64,000 nucleotides of DNA from the NCBI GenBank assembly GCA_977016875.1, contig CDRNST010000064.1, positions 620,001 to 684,000 on the forward strand, read 5' to 3'. Source of the DNA: Pavona decussata (Eukaryota). Of the stretch, positions 25,995 to 39,302 are shown one piece after another. Position 1 is the stretch's first letter. The number at the start of each line of letters is the position of its first letter. The position numbers were made by a program, and so were the translations under genes. The notes under the pieces were generated by a model. That model was not told where the DNA came from and did not search any database. It saw only the letters and a list, made by a program, of their open reading frames with translations.

Positions 25995-26719
25995 GTGGTG
26001 CTGGATGAGCTGCACCTTCTGCTAAGGGTTTTAGATGTTTTGATCGAAAATTTGGTTCAGGATGCGTTAGACTGGGCCTGAAGGGAAAATTGGGATAAAA
26101 AATAAGGTCAACAAAAAATGAACCTCAAACAATTTGAAGGCAACAGTGAAATCATGTGGGGTCTCCTTTGACATCTGGGGGAAAACCAATGCAGATGGGA
26201 AAGGATCAGGAAAATATGATTTCAAACTCAATGACATTGTTCAGGCACACATTGTTGAAGTAATAAAACTATATGGGAAAATTTGGGGAAATGTATAGCA
26301 CTGTAACCTGCAAGAGCCCTACACAGAAATGATAAATGACTACTTCCAGAAAGCAAGAGAATGGGTGAACCTGTTTACATTACTACAAGAAAAAAAGGGT
26401 AGGCTACAAAAGGGCTAACATAACTCCATACATGCATGCTACAATCTACCACATTTCTACATTCCTGCACAATTATAAAACTATCGAGCTGTTCACAGGA
26501 CAAGGAGTTGAGAACATTAATGATGTAACTTGGGCTACCGTTCTCAGAAAATCTATTAAATGGGATGCTCCTGTCGACAATCTAAAGCTTGAGTCGAGGC
26601 AATGGACTCTTCGTGACAGTGAGTGTTCCAAGAGAACCTACACCAAACGGAAAAGTTCATATTGGGAACATGACCTCAGGGGAACCAAGAAAAGCAGAAC
26701 ACTAAGAGTAAAAATTTAA
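25995..26719 (+). mobile_element. Transib/Chapaev/RAG1-like DDE transposase fragments
   Basis: LDELHLLLRVLDVL and TPYMHATIYH...FTGQGVENIND motifs with many lesions. Confidence 0.5.
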
Positions 26720-29534
26720 AAAAAAAAAAATAAGACATGCACCATGTTACCAAGTGGCATATCTTGTATAGCGCCAATTTTATTATTATTATTATTATAT
26801 TATTATTAAAATATTATTGACATAATTATTACAATTGTTTATTGCTAAAAAATTTTGAGGTAATTACAATCTTGTAAAAGGTAGAATAGAAAATGAGATT
26901 TCTACCAAATTTAGATATATATTCGTATACTGGTATTCATATACAAAATTACCAAAATGGCTCAAAGCCATAATCAGATGATGTTTATTTATAGGCGATT
27001 ATTGTACAGTTACATCACATTGAGTAGATAAACTAATTTGCAGTGACACTGAATGCCTCTTTTTCACAATTTCACTCAGCTTTTCAACATAATACCTGGG
27101 TGAAGGTATTATTGCTTTTTCCTTAAAGACTGTATGGTTTTTGGGGCTTCTAGAAATAAATAAACGTTCCCTTATAGGAAAATCAACTTTCACTCCATCT
27201 GCTAGGTTATCTAAACGTTTGTCCCAGTCACTTGGGAATGTAGAATCTCAGAAAACTAATATCAAATTACAAATAAAAGCAAAATGAGAAAATAGATCTT
27301 AATCAATGAATTGAGGTTTTCCTCTGGCTTCCAATTGTTTCAAAGAGAGCCACATCCTTTCCACTCCACAAGATATTCCACCTAAATCTTAATTGAGATA
27401 GATTTTAGCGTTATGTCTTGTTTGCCGACATTTTGTAAACGTCATTAGTTATTCAAAAATCTGTAAAACTGTGCCTACAGTCGTAACTGCTGGCTGTCCT
27501 CGATTTCTACCCTTCTTCCAGATGCTGTCATCCTTGGATACCCACTGACCACCCAAGTGGTCATCGAAGCACCATGCACCATATGGTTCTGGTGTGACCT
27601 CGAAGCTACCTTGGAACTCCGAGAAGCAAACTGGGTCTATGGACAAAAAGCCTTTAATCCATGCAAGCAGGCCATGCTGACACGCTCCTACAGACTAGAG
27701 AAAAACGTAAACCCTAGTCTAGATTAAAGAAATGGCTTATAAGACTTGTCAAGGTAATACTGCTCCCTGAGATTGTTTTTATTATTATTAATCTTTTGTA
27801 AACAGCTGGCACTGGACTGACAGATTGTGTAGAGAAGAACACAGTACTTTTTGTGGGCATGCACTCGAGCAGTACCACAAATTGCTTTGTGGCCAAGAAA
27901 GAACAAGATTTGATACAGCATTTCATTCAGCTTTTCGTGCCAACCATAGGGATGTTGGTGGAGTTGGGGGTGCACAGATCCAAGGTACATGTACGGTGAT
28001 TGCATTCAACATGGAAGTGACAAAACTGGGGCATGGCGATGGATTGACAGAATCAGGTATAGATAGAGTCAAAGCACTGGAAAGAACTTGCTTCTTTTAT
28101 ATGCAAAAAACAAACACAATTCAAGAAAATGGACATTACATTTAAATTTCAATATAAAGAAGAAAAGGAAGAACAAGAGGAGGTCCTGCCCGGTCCCTGG
28201 TTGCTCTTTTCATGACCATAAATTGGGTAGGCATCTAAAGAGCATTCACGTAAACAAAGGGACGGTGTAGAGAAGGAGATCCCTGTGTGGGTGAAATAGG
28301 ATGACCTTCAAGAGAAGGAAGGTGGCAAGAGTGCTCGCCAGTGGTGGGTCTGCGGAAAACCCAGCTGTAAGGCAGTTGTTAACTGTCCGTCCCAACACTT
28401 ACGGTGTGGAAAACATGGCCTCAAGGACCCTGGAGACATCGCCCGTGCAAGGAAGAGGATGCGCCTTGCCAAGTTGAGCGAGTTTCCTTAAACGGCCAGG
28501 TCTCCAACAAGCACCAACGCCACCACCACCACCAGTGATGAGGATGAGAATTGTTTCTTGTCTGAAACACTCACAGGGAGGCACGTGTTTGACAGAATAC
28601 ATCACTAGGCCCTGTGGCGGGAATCTTAATTTATGATAATTTATTGCTACATTCTGGTGTCATTTTATCATGAGGGAAAAAAACAAATCTGCTATCTGGT
28701 AACATGGCCCCAGACTGAAAGGTCAAGAGTAGGTTGATGTCCTTGTTTTCTTATGAAGCACTTTTTGGAGCACTTAACCAGTTTCAATACTCTGGCTATG
28801 GAAAACGGCCTTTAATAAACAGTTTTAACTTAACCTTAGATCCTTTGTTCAATGAGTTTTTTTTTAAATACTCCGTAGCTGTTTGAATGACAGGAAAATA
28901 CAATTCTTGAAGAATTCAGTTGCATTCTTCATACCGTAAAAAAACCCCAGATCATTTTCGGTCAAATCTAGTCAATGACAAGGTTTTATCGTGTAGCTGG
29001 TTTTTGTTTGTAACCATTCGGCACAGACTGCGATGTATAGAGTAACCAAAACGGTAAAGGTCTGTAACAAAACCAGGAACACGATGCAAGTCGCTGACAC
29101 GACTGCATATACCACTGCTTGTTTGAGGGCGCAATCTATCAATATAATCCATTACTGATGGTAAATTTATCTCTTTTGTTCAGTTACGTGTTTCTGAAAA
29201 ACAAGTGCATTGTTTAATTATTCTGTATTAATCATCATTTAGCTATTTTCTTGAATCTTCTAGTTTCCTTACACACCTTAGTTAGTTTAATTATTCCCAG
29301 TTATTTCTTGTGGCCAAATCCTGTTGTGTAAGACTTACGCAAACGCCTAGTTCCTTTAGGTAAATCCTGTATTCGTGGGTTACAGACTCACACCCTTGCC
29401 TTTTATGGTTTCGATTTTGTGCCTTAAACTACGTGAATGTTACACTCAAATCTATTTTTCCTTGCGTCGACCCATACATATAATCATAAACTTCAGACAA
29501 CCAGAGAGCATTTGAGAGCAGCAAACCGCAAAAA

Positions 29535-31604
29535 ATGCAAAATCCAAGCTCATCTGAAACTACAAATCTTGTGGCTAAGTTCGTGCCGATAGCGCCACGT
29601 GATGAAAAACAGGCTCTTTTTCCACCTGGAAAAAAGTATGATACTCCAGATTTTGTCACCACTGTTTTCTCTACGAGAGAAAAGTTGTACGAGTTACAAG
29701 GGGATTCCCTTGAAGATGAACCCACCAAAGAGAAGGATATTCTCAAAAGATGGAAGGCAAGCAACAGCATCATTCACGGGAACGTGAATGTAAGTAACTT
29801 GTTTTTTGTGAAGGCAAATTCTTTTATGTCCATCGTGTTAGATTGCAACCATTGTTACATTAATCTTTGCCTTACTCAGAAGCAATAAACACAATGAAAA
29901 GAATTCATCTAAGCTAATCGATACAGTTAGCATTGAAATGGAGAAGATTGTTGTGGTGGGATGGCACGCGCAGAGCTTTTAGACTTCTCTCTTTCTTTTC
30001 ATAGGACCTGCATAAATATGAACATATGGCCCAACTTAGCAACCCCAATTTCAGCAAATTTACGGAAATTGAAATTAATAATGTAAGAATATGTTGTACT
30101 TAGTTTATGTCTAAGACTTCAGAGCTCGCCGTTTGCCTATAACTTTGTTACTTTTTGTTAAGTAATCTGCGCCAACAGGGCAGGGCTAGGAATTTTAGAA
30201 ACAGTGGACCGTAGTAGTTGTGGCGAGCATGTAACCTAATGTCAAAACCCTTAAAAGTGTGGGAGAAAGCAATAAAAATTTCGGAGAAATAAAAAAGTGT
30301 TAAATAGTGTTCTCTTTGCTCACATTACTGATCTCTTCGTGGAATCATATGGTTACTCTTCTGATGGTTACTTTATACTTGATATGATATGACAAATGAA
30401 CTTATGTTTAACAGAATTGAAGAGAGCAATATGAAAGGGAGAAAAGAAAAAACGAAGACTTGCAAAGAAACATAGATGAGGTTAGTGTTGAAGGTTGTTT
30501 AAATGGAAGAAAAGCAAAATCATAACCTGAGTATCTCTCTTGCATATCCCTCGCATATCCAGTTTCTGGCCAGTTTTGGTGAGACACTGTTCCAGTTCAT
30601 CAAAAGAAACTGAAAATCTTTCTTCAGTATGATCAAATTCGCACACAGCGCCGTTGTTTGAAACTCGCTCTCTTCGGCTTGTAAATGTACATGAAGTCTG
30701 TGAAAGCTGTTTTATCCGCTTTAATCAAGCAATGAGTGAAATAGTTTTTACAAATCCACCGCTGACCATTTACAACAGTTCAGAGCTAATAAATTGCGCA
30801 CTTAGTTTCCAAAAGTGAAGCTTCTACGTTCATTGAATTAATTCAACTTTGCCCCGCAACGTTGCAAAACACCGAAAGGTTTTCGTGCCCTTTTGATTGT
30901 GATTGACAAATGTTTCCTTTCCTTCACCTTTTTTTTTTGTTCAGATTCTTAATTGTGTGACGTAGGGTTTAACTATAATTGTACTTGGGCTTGCTGGATA
31001 TGAGCTGAAGGATCATTCATCAGTTGGTCATTGGTTATGTGTCATAACATATCCAGCGCGCCCTCGTTGAATAATTGCTACATATTGTTGTTTTACACCT
31101 CTGTGTGTTAGCTTCAGGCCAGTCTTCAGAACTCCAACAGGGAAAGGATAAAAGCACAACGGGAGCAAGATAACTTTAAATCGAAAACTCAGGAGGGAAA
31201 ATTTCGGTCATCTAACCTTTTTTTTTTCTTTTTGTTTTTGTTTTTTTTTGGTTTTTTTTTTTGGGGGGGGGGGGCATGGAAGGCAATTGACTGAAAACTA
31301 AAATTGTTTGTTTATTAACTTTGTTTTCTTAATTCCCAAAGCTCCTATGCAAAGTAAGAGAAATGGAGTTTCTTATCGACGACATCAATCCCGCAAGCAG
31401 AAGAAAGTCTCTAAACAATTGCAGGTTTGTTGTGTAAAAATAATTCACGTTATGTTTCCATCAATTTTCTCGAGAGAAAAACAGTTACCCTTTAAACTGT
31501 TCCCCCTTTTATACTTTCATGTTATCAGCAGGATGCAAGAAGAGCTCTCGTCCACAAAAGCCAACCTGGATCAAACACTTCTACTTGAAGTAAATGATGA
31601 GTTG
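29535..31604 (+). CDS. Putative multi-exon coiled-coil gene fragment
   Basis: Exon-like blocks ending in GT donors at about 29789 (gtaagt), 30480 (gttagt), 31423 and 31604 (gtaagt), encoding E/K/Q-rich peptides. Boundaries are approximate. Confidence 0.35.
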
Positions 31605-32499
31605 GTAAGTCCCAATTTTGTTCTGTCCTTCTCAAGTTTCAGGCAAATCCCGGAATATAGATGCAAACACCTAGCGTTTGTCGCCAATTCGCGGAACAAA
31701 GTATTTACTGGCATCCCTGAAACAGCCTCTATAAGAGGTCCCACCCCTCGTAACTGATATTCAGGTTTTCGCTGACTGATATAATTGTATGAATCAATTA
31801 CAGGAAATAGTGAGCAAGGGAATAGTGAGCAAGGGAAGTGGAAGCACAGTAAAGACTGAAAGTTCAAGACTACGGGTTGAGGTAACACATTGCTCGCAAT
31901 GGTCTATGCTTGGTTTCTTATTTGACTAGGACGATTTGTCTGTATAGAATAACAAGAATATGTCAATCAAGAATAGTTACACATTGCTTTTAGAAAGAGG
32001 TACCAATTATCAAGTACAATGTGAGAGATTTTTCCCTTCATTTGTCTCGTGACGAGTTCAAAAACTGTGGAGGGTGAAAATTGGACAACGATAGAATTAG
32101 CTGAAATTTGGAAAAACAGTAGACGTTGAAGACGAGTTTCAACATTATAGTACCCAGCTACATACCTTTTTTTTTTCGGAGTTAACATTATTAGGTTTTT
32201 CATTAGCGGGCCAAAAATGTGGACTTTTCAGCAAACAGGAGATTATCCCAGCTGACTGGAGTGATGGAAACCCTTATGAACTGTGCGTGGCCGGTCAGCT
32301 ATAATGTCGTCTTTTCCTTGTAAGAAGGTGTATGTATTTCTTTTGCCAGAAACACAGCACCATGAAAAATCAACTACTTCTGAAAACACCCTGTCCCTGT
32401 CCTCCTGTGTAACACGATGCACGTGTGTGCATAGCAAAAATGCATGCGAAATTAGTAGACAATCCATTGGTGTTGTTCGAGCTGGTGGTTTTCCTACTA

Positions 32500-32899
32500 A
32501 TTGCCTGATTTCATACCGTGGGGGTCTGGGTACGAGTCTGTGTATTATGGGTTATGGGACTCAACACCCACATAGCCGGAAAGAGCACATCGAACTTTAC
32601 AACATCCTCAAGTTTGGTGTCAATCAAGCTAATATTAGGCGAGATACAGCCATTCAAAAACTTAAAAATTTACTAAGAAATGTATGGAACGCCAGACGTG
32701 TGTCCGGCGTTCCATACATTTCTTAGTAAAATTTGGAGTTTTTTAATGGCTGTATCTTTCCTAATATTAGCTTGATTAACACCAAACTTGGAAATGTTGT
32801 AAAGTGCGGTGTGCTCTTTCCGGCTATGTGGGTGTTGAGTCCCATAACCCATAATACACAGACTCGTACCCAGACCCCCACAGTATGAAATCAGGCAAT
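32500..32899. mobile_element. 400-bp fully palindromic MITE
   Basis: attgcctgatttcatac... mirrors ...gtatgaaatcaggcaat, with the symmetry centre at about 32699. Confidence 0.85.
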
Positions 32900-32904
32900 G
32901 GTGC

Positions 32905-33290
32905 TGTCTTGTGAAGCCTCTTTAATGTTCTTCCTTAGCTGGTAGCCGTCGGAGACAGAAATCCTGACATTGAAGCAGCGCTGGAGTTTTATGAGAACGA
33001 CCTTCTTTCTCCTCATGTGGTTGATGTTGAGCTCCTGCGATGGAAGAGAAAGTGGTGCAGCACTGAGGATGCCGACCTTCCCACCAGTGCAGTTCAGACA
33101 CTTGCAGCATGCGATCGAGAGTTCTTTCCTAACATCCACACCTGATCCATATATTGTGCACGTTGCCGATAACGTCAGCTGAATGTGAGCGCTCATTCAG
33201 TACACTAAGAAGGTTAAAAACATACCTGAGGTCGACCATGTCAAGCGAGCAAGAGTCTGAGCTGGCGTTGATGAACATCAATTACCACGA
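32905..33290 (+). mobile_element. hAT transposase C-terminal dimerisation-domain fragment
   Basis: ELLRWKRKW...FFPNIH / LCTLPITSAECERSFSTLRRLKTYLRSTMS. Confidence 0.85.
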
Positions 33291-33529
33291 ACAGGTGTTC
33301 ATTACTGACCTGGAAGCGGAGGACAACAACAACAACTGGCTAACATTCCCCAGAATATCAGAAGTCGAAGCAGCATTTCCTCAGTGCAAGGAGGCACTAG
33401 TAAAAACACTTACGATTCACTGACTGACAGATTGTGTAGAGAAGAACACAGTACTTTTTGTGGGCATGCACTCGAGCAGTACAAATTGGTTTGTGGCCAA
33501 GAAGGACCAAGATTTAATACAATTTCTTC

Positions 33530-33980
33530 TTCAAGGACCTTCAACAGAAGGAAGGTGGCAAGAGTGAATGAACATGTCTGCGTAGAGACTGACAATACCC
33601 TGGCTATGGCTTTTATAAACAACGGCTCGTGTAAAAACTCTATCACTATGTCATGGCTGCGTGAGATTTTCTGGTTAAGCATTCGTTATAACTTTCACCT
33701 CCGGTCACGGCATTTACCAGGAAAACTTAATCAACACGCCAACCAATTGAGTCGATTACAGTTCCCAGATGACACTGACTAACTGACTTTTCTCCCTTCA
33801 CCAGGATATCTCCTACAGTTGGACAACCGCGCCAAGCTCATCTCCGCTGCTGCCTATGCTAGCTTCACACTAGCTACACGTCGTTCCCAGTGAAGAGTTT
33901 ATCTGCATTTCTGTTCCGGGTTTGGTTTGGTGCCTATCCCAGCCTCTCACCAAACTGTAATTCGATTCCTGATCCATTTC
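33530..33980 (+). mobile_element. DIRS/Ngaro RNase H end and start of tyrosine recombinase
   Basis: ETDNTLAMAFINNGS...LREIFWLS...HLPGKLNQHANQLSR; about 33895-33980 is near-identical to about 24845-24930. Confidence 0.8.
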
Positions 33981-34649
33981 ACTAAAAGAATTTAAGATGA
34001 AGTGAAGGAAAATTGTGCAGTAAGTTCTGTAAGTGTAGTCAAAAGTAAAATTACACTGAATTGTCATGAATTGATTGAAAAATTGAACCATCAATCATTT
34101 TATTGAAATTGTATGTGCACACATCGTCTTCAATAGAACTTCCTTGTATGTAAGCTTCAGTATGCTCTACAATTAGGAAACACTTAATGTAATTACTGCG
34201 AAATAACAAGACGATTTGACCTTCTGAAGAACAGGGCTTTGAGCAGCAGAAGGCTAGCTTTCCGACTCCACACTCAATAGAAAGAAACAGAGACGTTGAA
34301 AGACCAATTCAATGGGAAAACTGTGTGTGAAGTTCCAGGCAAGGAAAACTAGACACTGGTGTAAACTTTTTCGTTTCGAGATCGATACAATGGAGATACA
34401 GCAGTTTTGAAACATTAGATGGATGCTCAGAGCACGGTGCGAGTTGCACCACACCCATCTTGGCCACGTTCAGATGCAAGATCAGGTGAGGAACGATCTT
34501 TGACAATATAGTTGCGTGCAAAGCATTGTGGAAGTGCCCTGAAATCCTCCTTGATGCAACCTCAAAACATTTGAATAGCATACCTTATTTAAATTTTTTA
34601 CTTTCCCTCTTTTGCGACAGCGGTCTTTCATGGTCAACAAACGTATTGC

Positions 34650-36530
34650 TTCACTTTAATGGAGGAAGCATTTACAATGAGCTGGCGAAACCATAGCATG
34701 TTGGTTAGGTACATGGCTGGGCTTTCGTAGCAACAAATACCACAACTGAAAAGAAGAGCTTGGGTTTGGCCTCGACCACAGAACTGGTTTTGCCTCCTTA
34801 TAGCTAATTCAGCACTGTATTTTCTTTGGAAGGAACATTTTTGCGTCACTCACAAAACATTTGAATACTTATGTGACCTTGTAAGAGTAGATGTGCATGC
34901 AAGTGCCAATCGATGTAGAAGAAAGGGTTGGTTTAGCATTAGAGACCTTAAGATCGTGGTGTTTTGGCATTTCCCGCGAACCACGAACGTGAAGAAGTCA
35001 TGTGACCAGTACCTTGCTTTCAGGTTTGTGGTTTGAGGTTCACGTTTGTACAACAAGACCATGCTCTTACCGCAAGTTTTTTTGCACCCTAAAACATCAC
35101 AATCCCACGTTTGAGAGGAAATACAACTTTTTAGAACTATTTCGCTTATAAATTATCGAATTCCTTTTCATAGAAACGTAATTTTGAAGACGATTTCTCA
35201 GCTAAAATAGAAGTGAACGAACGAATGAATTGAAAGCAAACATGGCAACCGGCTATTTGCTGTTGTAACTATTTTGCCAGTCGGATTACTTTGTGGTTAA
35301 ACTACGATAAACAAAGTAAGACAAAAGCATATTTCTGATGATATGTGAATGCATACTTTGTTTGCTAGATGGCTCCGTTCAGATGGCCAACCATACAAAA
35401 TGATCTTGCCCTGGCTAAAGAAGTTGCTTCCAGAAAGCCACAACACATCAGGAATGGTATGAAATAGCGGTATTGCCACGTTCTTAATCTACTTTGGCCG
35501 GATAGCACAACAGTCATTGCTCTCGGTATTATAGTTGATTATAACTCCAAAGCCTTATCACAAGTGCTATTACCCGTGGATTTAGTCCCAAATATGGGCA
35601 GACGGCTAACGTGAAACCGCAAACCCCTAACCGCAAACCGCGTTCGCCGTAAGATGGCCAAACTTCCATTTTAAGGTCTCTATTGTGGAGAATTGAAACG
35701 GGCAACAATTACAAAAGCTGTGAGTTACAAGTCAAGTAACAAGTCATGGCGAAATGCACCTGAATTGAATTCAAACAAAGCCCCTCTTCGTAGGAAAGAT
35801 CAATTCATCAAATCATCGTTGACAAGGTAGGAAATTACAGAAAAAGATAACGAGTTTGAAGAGATGTATGCAATACCTCAACTTGTCAGAGACATAGATA
35901 GCTAATGCATACCGATAAATGCACCACCAAAATTTCATGAGGATTGCTTTCAACGTAAGCAGCATTATAGTGTGAACCTTCAAGCCATAGCTGATTCCAA
36001 TTTAAAATTCATCCTTGTTACTGTTGGTTATCCAGTTGGCAGCATACATGATGCCCGTGTTCTTAGACTAAGTGGACTGTACGATTTGGAAAAAGGCAAG
36101 CAAATTCTTGCTTGTCGGACAAGGGATATAAATGGAGTAGAACTCGGCCTTCTTCTCGCTGGAAACAGTGCACATCCCTTTAACAGGTGGCTTATGAAAT
36201 CTGTACTCAGACAGGGGACACAACTCGAGAACAAAACAATTAACAAAAAATTTAGCACCTACAGTACGATGGGTAGTCAAGCATGCATTTGGGATGTGGC
36301 GAATTGTAATGAAAAAAGAAAATGAGCAGAAACTGACAACCCTAACGAAAACTGTTGTTGCAGCATGTGTTTTGCATAACATTTGTATCGACAGAGGTGA
36401 CTTTTATGATGATGACTGTGACCATGATGATGATTCTGACAATGAAGACGGAGACAGACTTGTATTTGAAACCAGCAATCATGTTAGAGATGCTTTAAAA
36501 GACTTTGTGCTGGATAACTTGCAACACCAA
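34650..36530 (+). mobile_element. PIF/Harbinger transposase pseudogene interrupted by a MITE
   Basis: WVWPRPQNWF and TFEYLCDLVR; VEERVGLAL|WRIETGNNYKSC across the insertion; SVNLQAIAD, GSIHDARVL, VVAACVLHNICI. Confidence 0.8.
34941..35681. mobile_element. MITE with 3-bp TSD (ATT), Harbinger-type
   Basis: TIRs agagaccttaagat and attttaaggtctct; ATT at 34938-40 and 35682-84. Excision restores the transposase frame. Confidence 0.8.
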
Positions 36531-37114
36531 AGTTTCCAGGTGTTGGTTTTATTTCTTATTGATTGATATGTGTAGTACGAAATGTCACATAAAAAAGGTC
36601 AGTTGTGAGCTGATTTTTTTTACTGTTGAAATAGGGCAATCATTCCAAATGCCACAAGGATTCACGATGTCAGTAAGAGGGCTTTGTATGCAGCAAGGAC
36701 CTTACGAAAAATGAGAGGGCTATAGAAGCATATAGGAGAGCAACTGAGGGGACAACAATCTACAGAAATGTTGAGTAACAAGCAACTGTGTTTTTCCTCA
36801 ACTTGTACCTTTGCTATCAATGTTTCTAGCCTTGCAAACTGAATTCTCATATTCTAATATTCCTACTGGGGGTAAATGTAATTTAAGCAAGGTTAAACTC
36901 AAGACAGTGCTGGCCAGGGGTCTACTCCTTTACTTTAGGCAACGCGGTCCCAGGGTTTTGCAGGGCCTCAAGAAAATTAGTTGATGTCAACCATTTTGCT
37001 GGTGTTATGCTGGGTGTACAGTTGCAGAAAAAAGCTTTGCTTTGCCTTTGCATTGTTCTTCGTCGATTCTGTGCCCTTTGCTGTGTAGTTTGTCAAGTGT
37101 TTTATCGTTGTTCA

Positions 37115-38620
37115 GTATGTCTTCCCTCTCCAGGAACAACAGCATATAGTTTGCGTTTCAGGAATCTCTTCCTTTGGACATGTCTCTGCCGCAGTTGTTT
37201 ATTGCTCCAACAGCATCAAGCTCATCAACTCCCGGGCAGGCCGTGGCGACTTCGGGAGCTGCCATTTCCCCGTGCATGGTTGCCCTAATCATGCAGACCA
37301 TTTAAGCAGTTTTGGCAGCCGAAAAGGCGAAAGATTTGTCTCCTAGTGCGACACTCTGTTCATCTGCCCCACTCGTTGGTGCTGTTGGGGGCGTTCCCTA
37401 GTTCAGTGCTTGGGTGGTACACCATGTTCAGTGAGTTTACCTGGACCGTTACCTTCAAGTAGACCTTTCTCTTCTTCTGTTGTGCCTTCATTTATTTCTA
37501 CTTTTGCCACTCCCATGATGTCCGTTTCTTGGTCTGCCATGAGCGCAGCAAGTTCACTGTTAGGGGCATCTTGCGATGTCGCTGTGGCAGGCACAGTTCA
37601 ACCCTCACCAATGGTTGATCAACCCTTTATCATTGGGCCTGGTTTTTCCCCGGTTCCCACAACGTTGGTCTTGCAGATTTTGGCTGGGAAGTACATTGAT
37701 CTGAGTGAACTTCTCCCAGCCAATTTGGACCAAGGATCCCGAACCGTCGAGTCCCGAGTCGTGTATGAACATGCAGCTGTTCAACTTCCATGCTGCCGGT
37801 TCCTCCGTACGTTCTTCCACTCCCTTGCACCTGCTCAATTGGTAGCCCACGGGATCGTTTGGAAGTTTGGTTGTTTGTATTTCTTGAAATAGGGGTCGTT
37901 GCACCTCCCCTCTGTCCATTTACCACTACGTGCATCACTGCTCTTCCTACTCGGGATCATGTTAGCATATGGCTTGCTCAACTCCCTCCAAGGTTAATCA
38001 TGGAGATGGGAAGCGGCATCCGTCCACTCCTTCTGCTAGGGGGTCTTATTCAGGGAGCAAATGGCATCATTTGTAGTCCGCACATGCAACATTTGCCCCC
38101 CCCCCCCCCTCCCCCACAAGTTTTGATCAGAATTGGGCGTATTGATATACTTGTGACTTTGCCGAACTTTGCAAACTTGCCCTAGCTAATTTGTTATTGC
38201 AGGTAGTCTATTGTTTACTCCTGTTTCTGACTAGGTTCAGCTTGACGTTTGTTTGCTTAACTAGTGCTGTTGTTGTTTAGGGTTTTTTTCGTCAGATATA
38301 ACCCACCCCCTCCCCCTCCTTTTTCCTTGATGTCATTTTTGGATAACTCTACTAATAAAGTGTATTGGCCCAGGGTATTGTGTGTCTCAATTTTCTTTTC
38401 TTGGTTCTTCCATCCTTGCAGCCGGTATTGTTGGTGAACCCCCTGAAGGTGGCAGAATTTGCATGAGAATTGGCAGGGTACCCTGATCAAAGTGCTGTTT
38501 CCTGTCATTAATGGTCTTTGCCATGGCTTTCGGCTGTAGTTTCATCATAATTTAAGGCTTAAGTCAGCTAAAACAAAAGAAACCCTCTGTTAGGCAGCAC
38601 CCTTTGGTGATTGATACCAA
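37115..38620 (+). mobile_element. DIRS/Ngaro gag-like ORF and RT start, degenerate
   Basis: MVDQPFIIGPGFSPVP...ILAGKYIDLSELLPANL (gag-like), then a decayed RT N-terminus at about 38435-38560. Confidence 0.6.
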
Positions 38621-39302
38621 CAAGGTGCCGGAGGCTTCACAGTGAGTGTACATGTACACAGTAAATGTTATTGCCTTTAAGTAAATTGTATAAAGGTCGC
38701 AGATCCTTGTTTTATTGTTACTTAATGAAATTCTATTTTTATTCTCTTTAGCTCATCTGGCCACCTATTTTGAACGAACTGAGGATGAACTGGAGACCAG
38801 TTGGAAGAGAGAGCCAATGAATTTTACAACAGATGATTGTTGACAAATGTAGAAACTTGAACAAAAAAAAAGAAAAAGTGTTATTAAGTAATGGTCCGGC
38901 TAAGAGGTAAGCAGGCCCACGGCAAAAGTAATTAAAATGTGCGAACTATTAATTTTTAATTTTAATTAAATCGACGCATCTCATTGGCTAATATCATAAA
39001 AACTCGAAAGAAACAAAGAAAAAAGTGAAAAAAAACGCCTTTTTTGGAGCCCCTATTCCCCATACCCCTAGTTTCTCTCTCTCGGCCAAGTTCGGCCATT
39101 GTTCTATGCGCCAATCAAAAGATAGAGACCGAAATGTGCTGGGCCACGCGCGACGCCATATTGGACTGTCTTCATGAGATAATTTTCGTGGAGTTTCATC
39201 CGACCAATTCTTCAGTTTGTATTCATCAAATCTATATATCAGAGTTTATCAAAGTTTTATATCATAGTTACAACATTTTTATGGCATTTTATCGTCGGCC
39301 GA

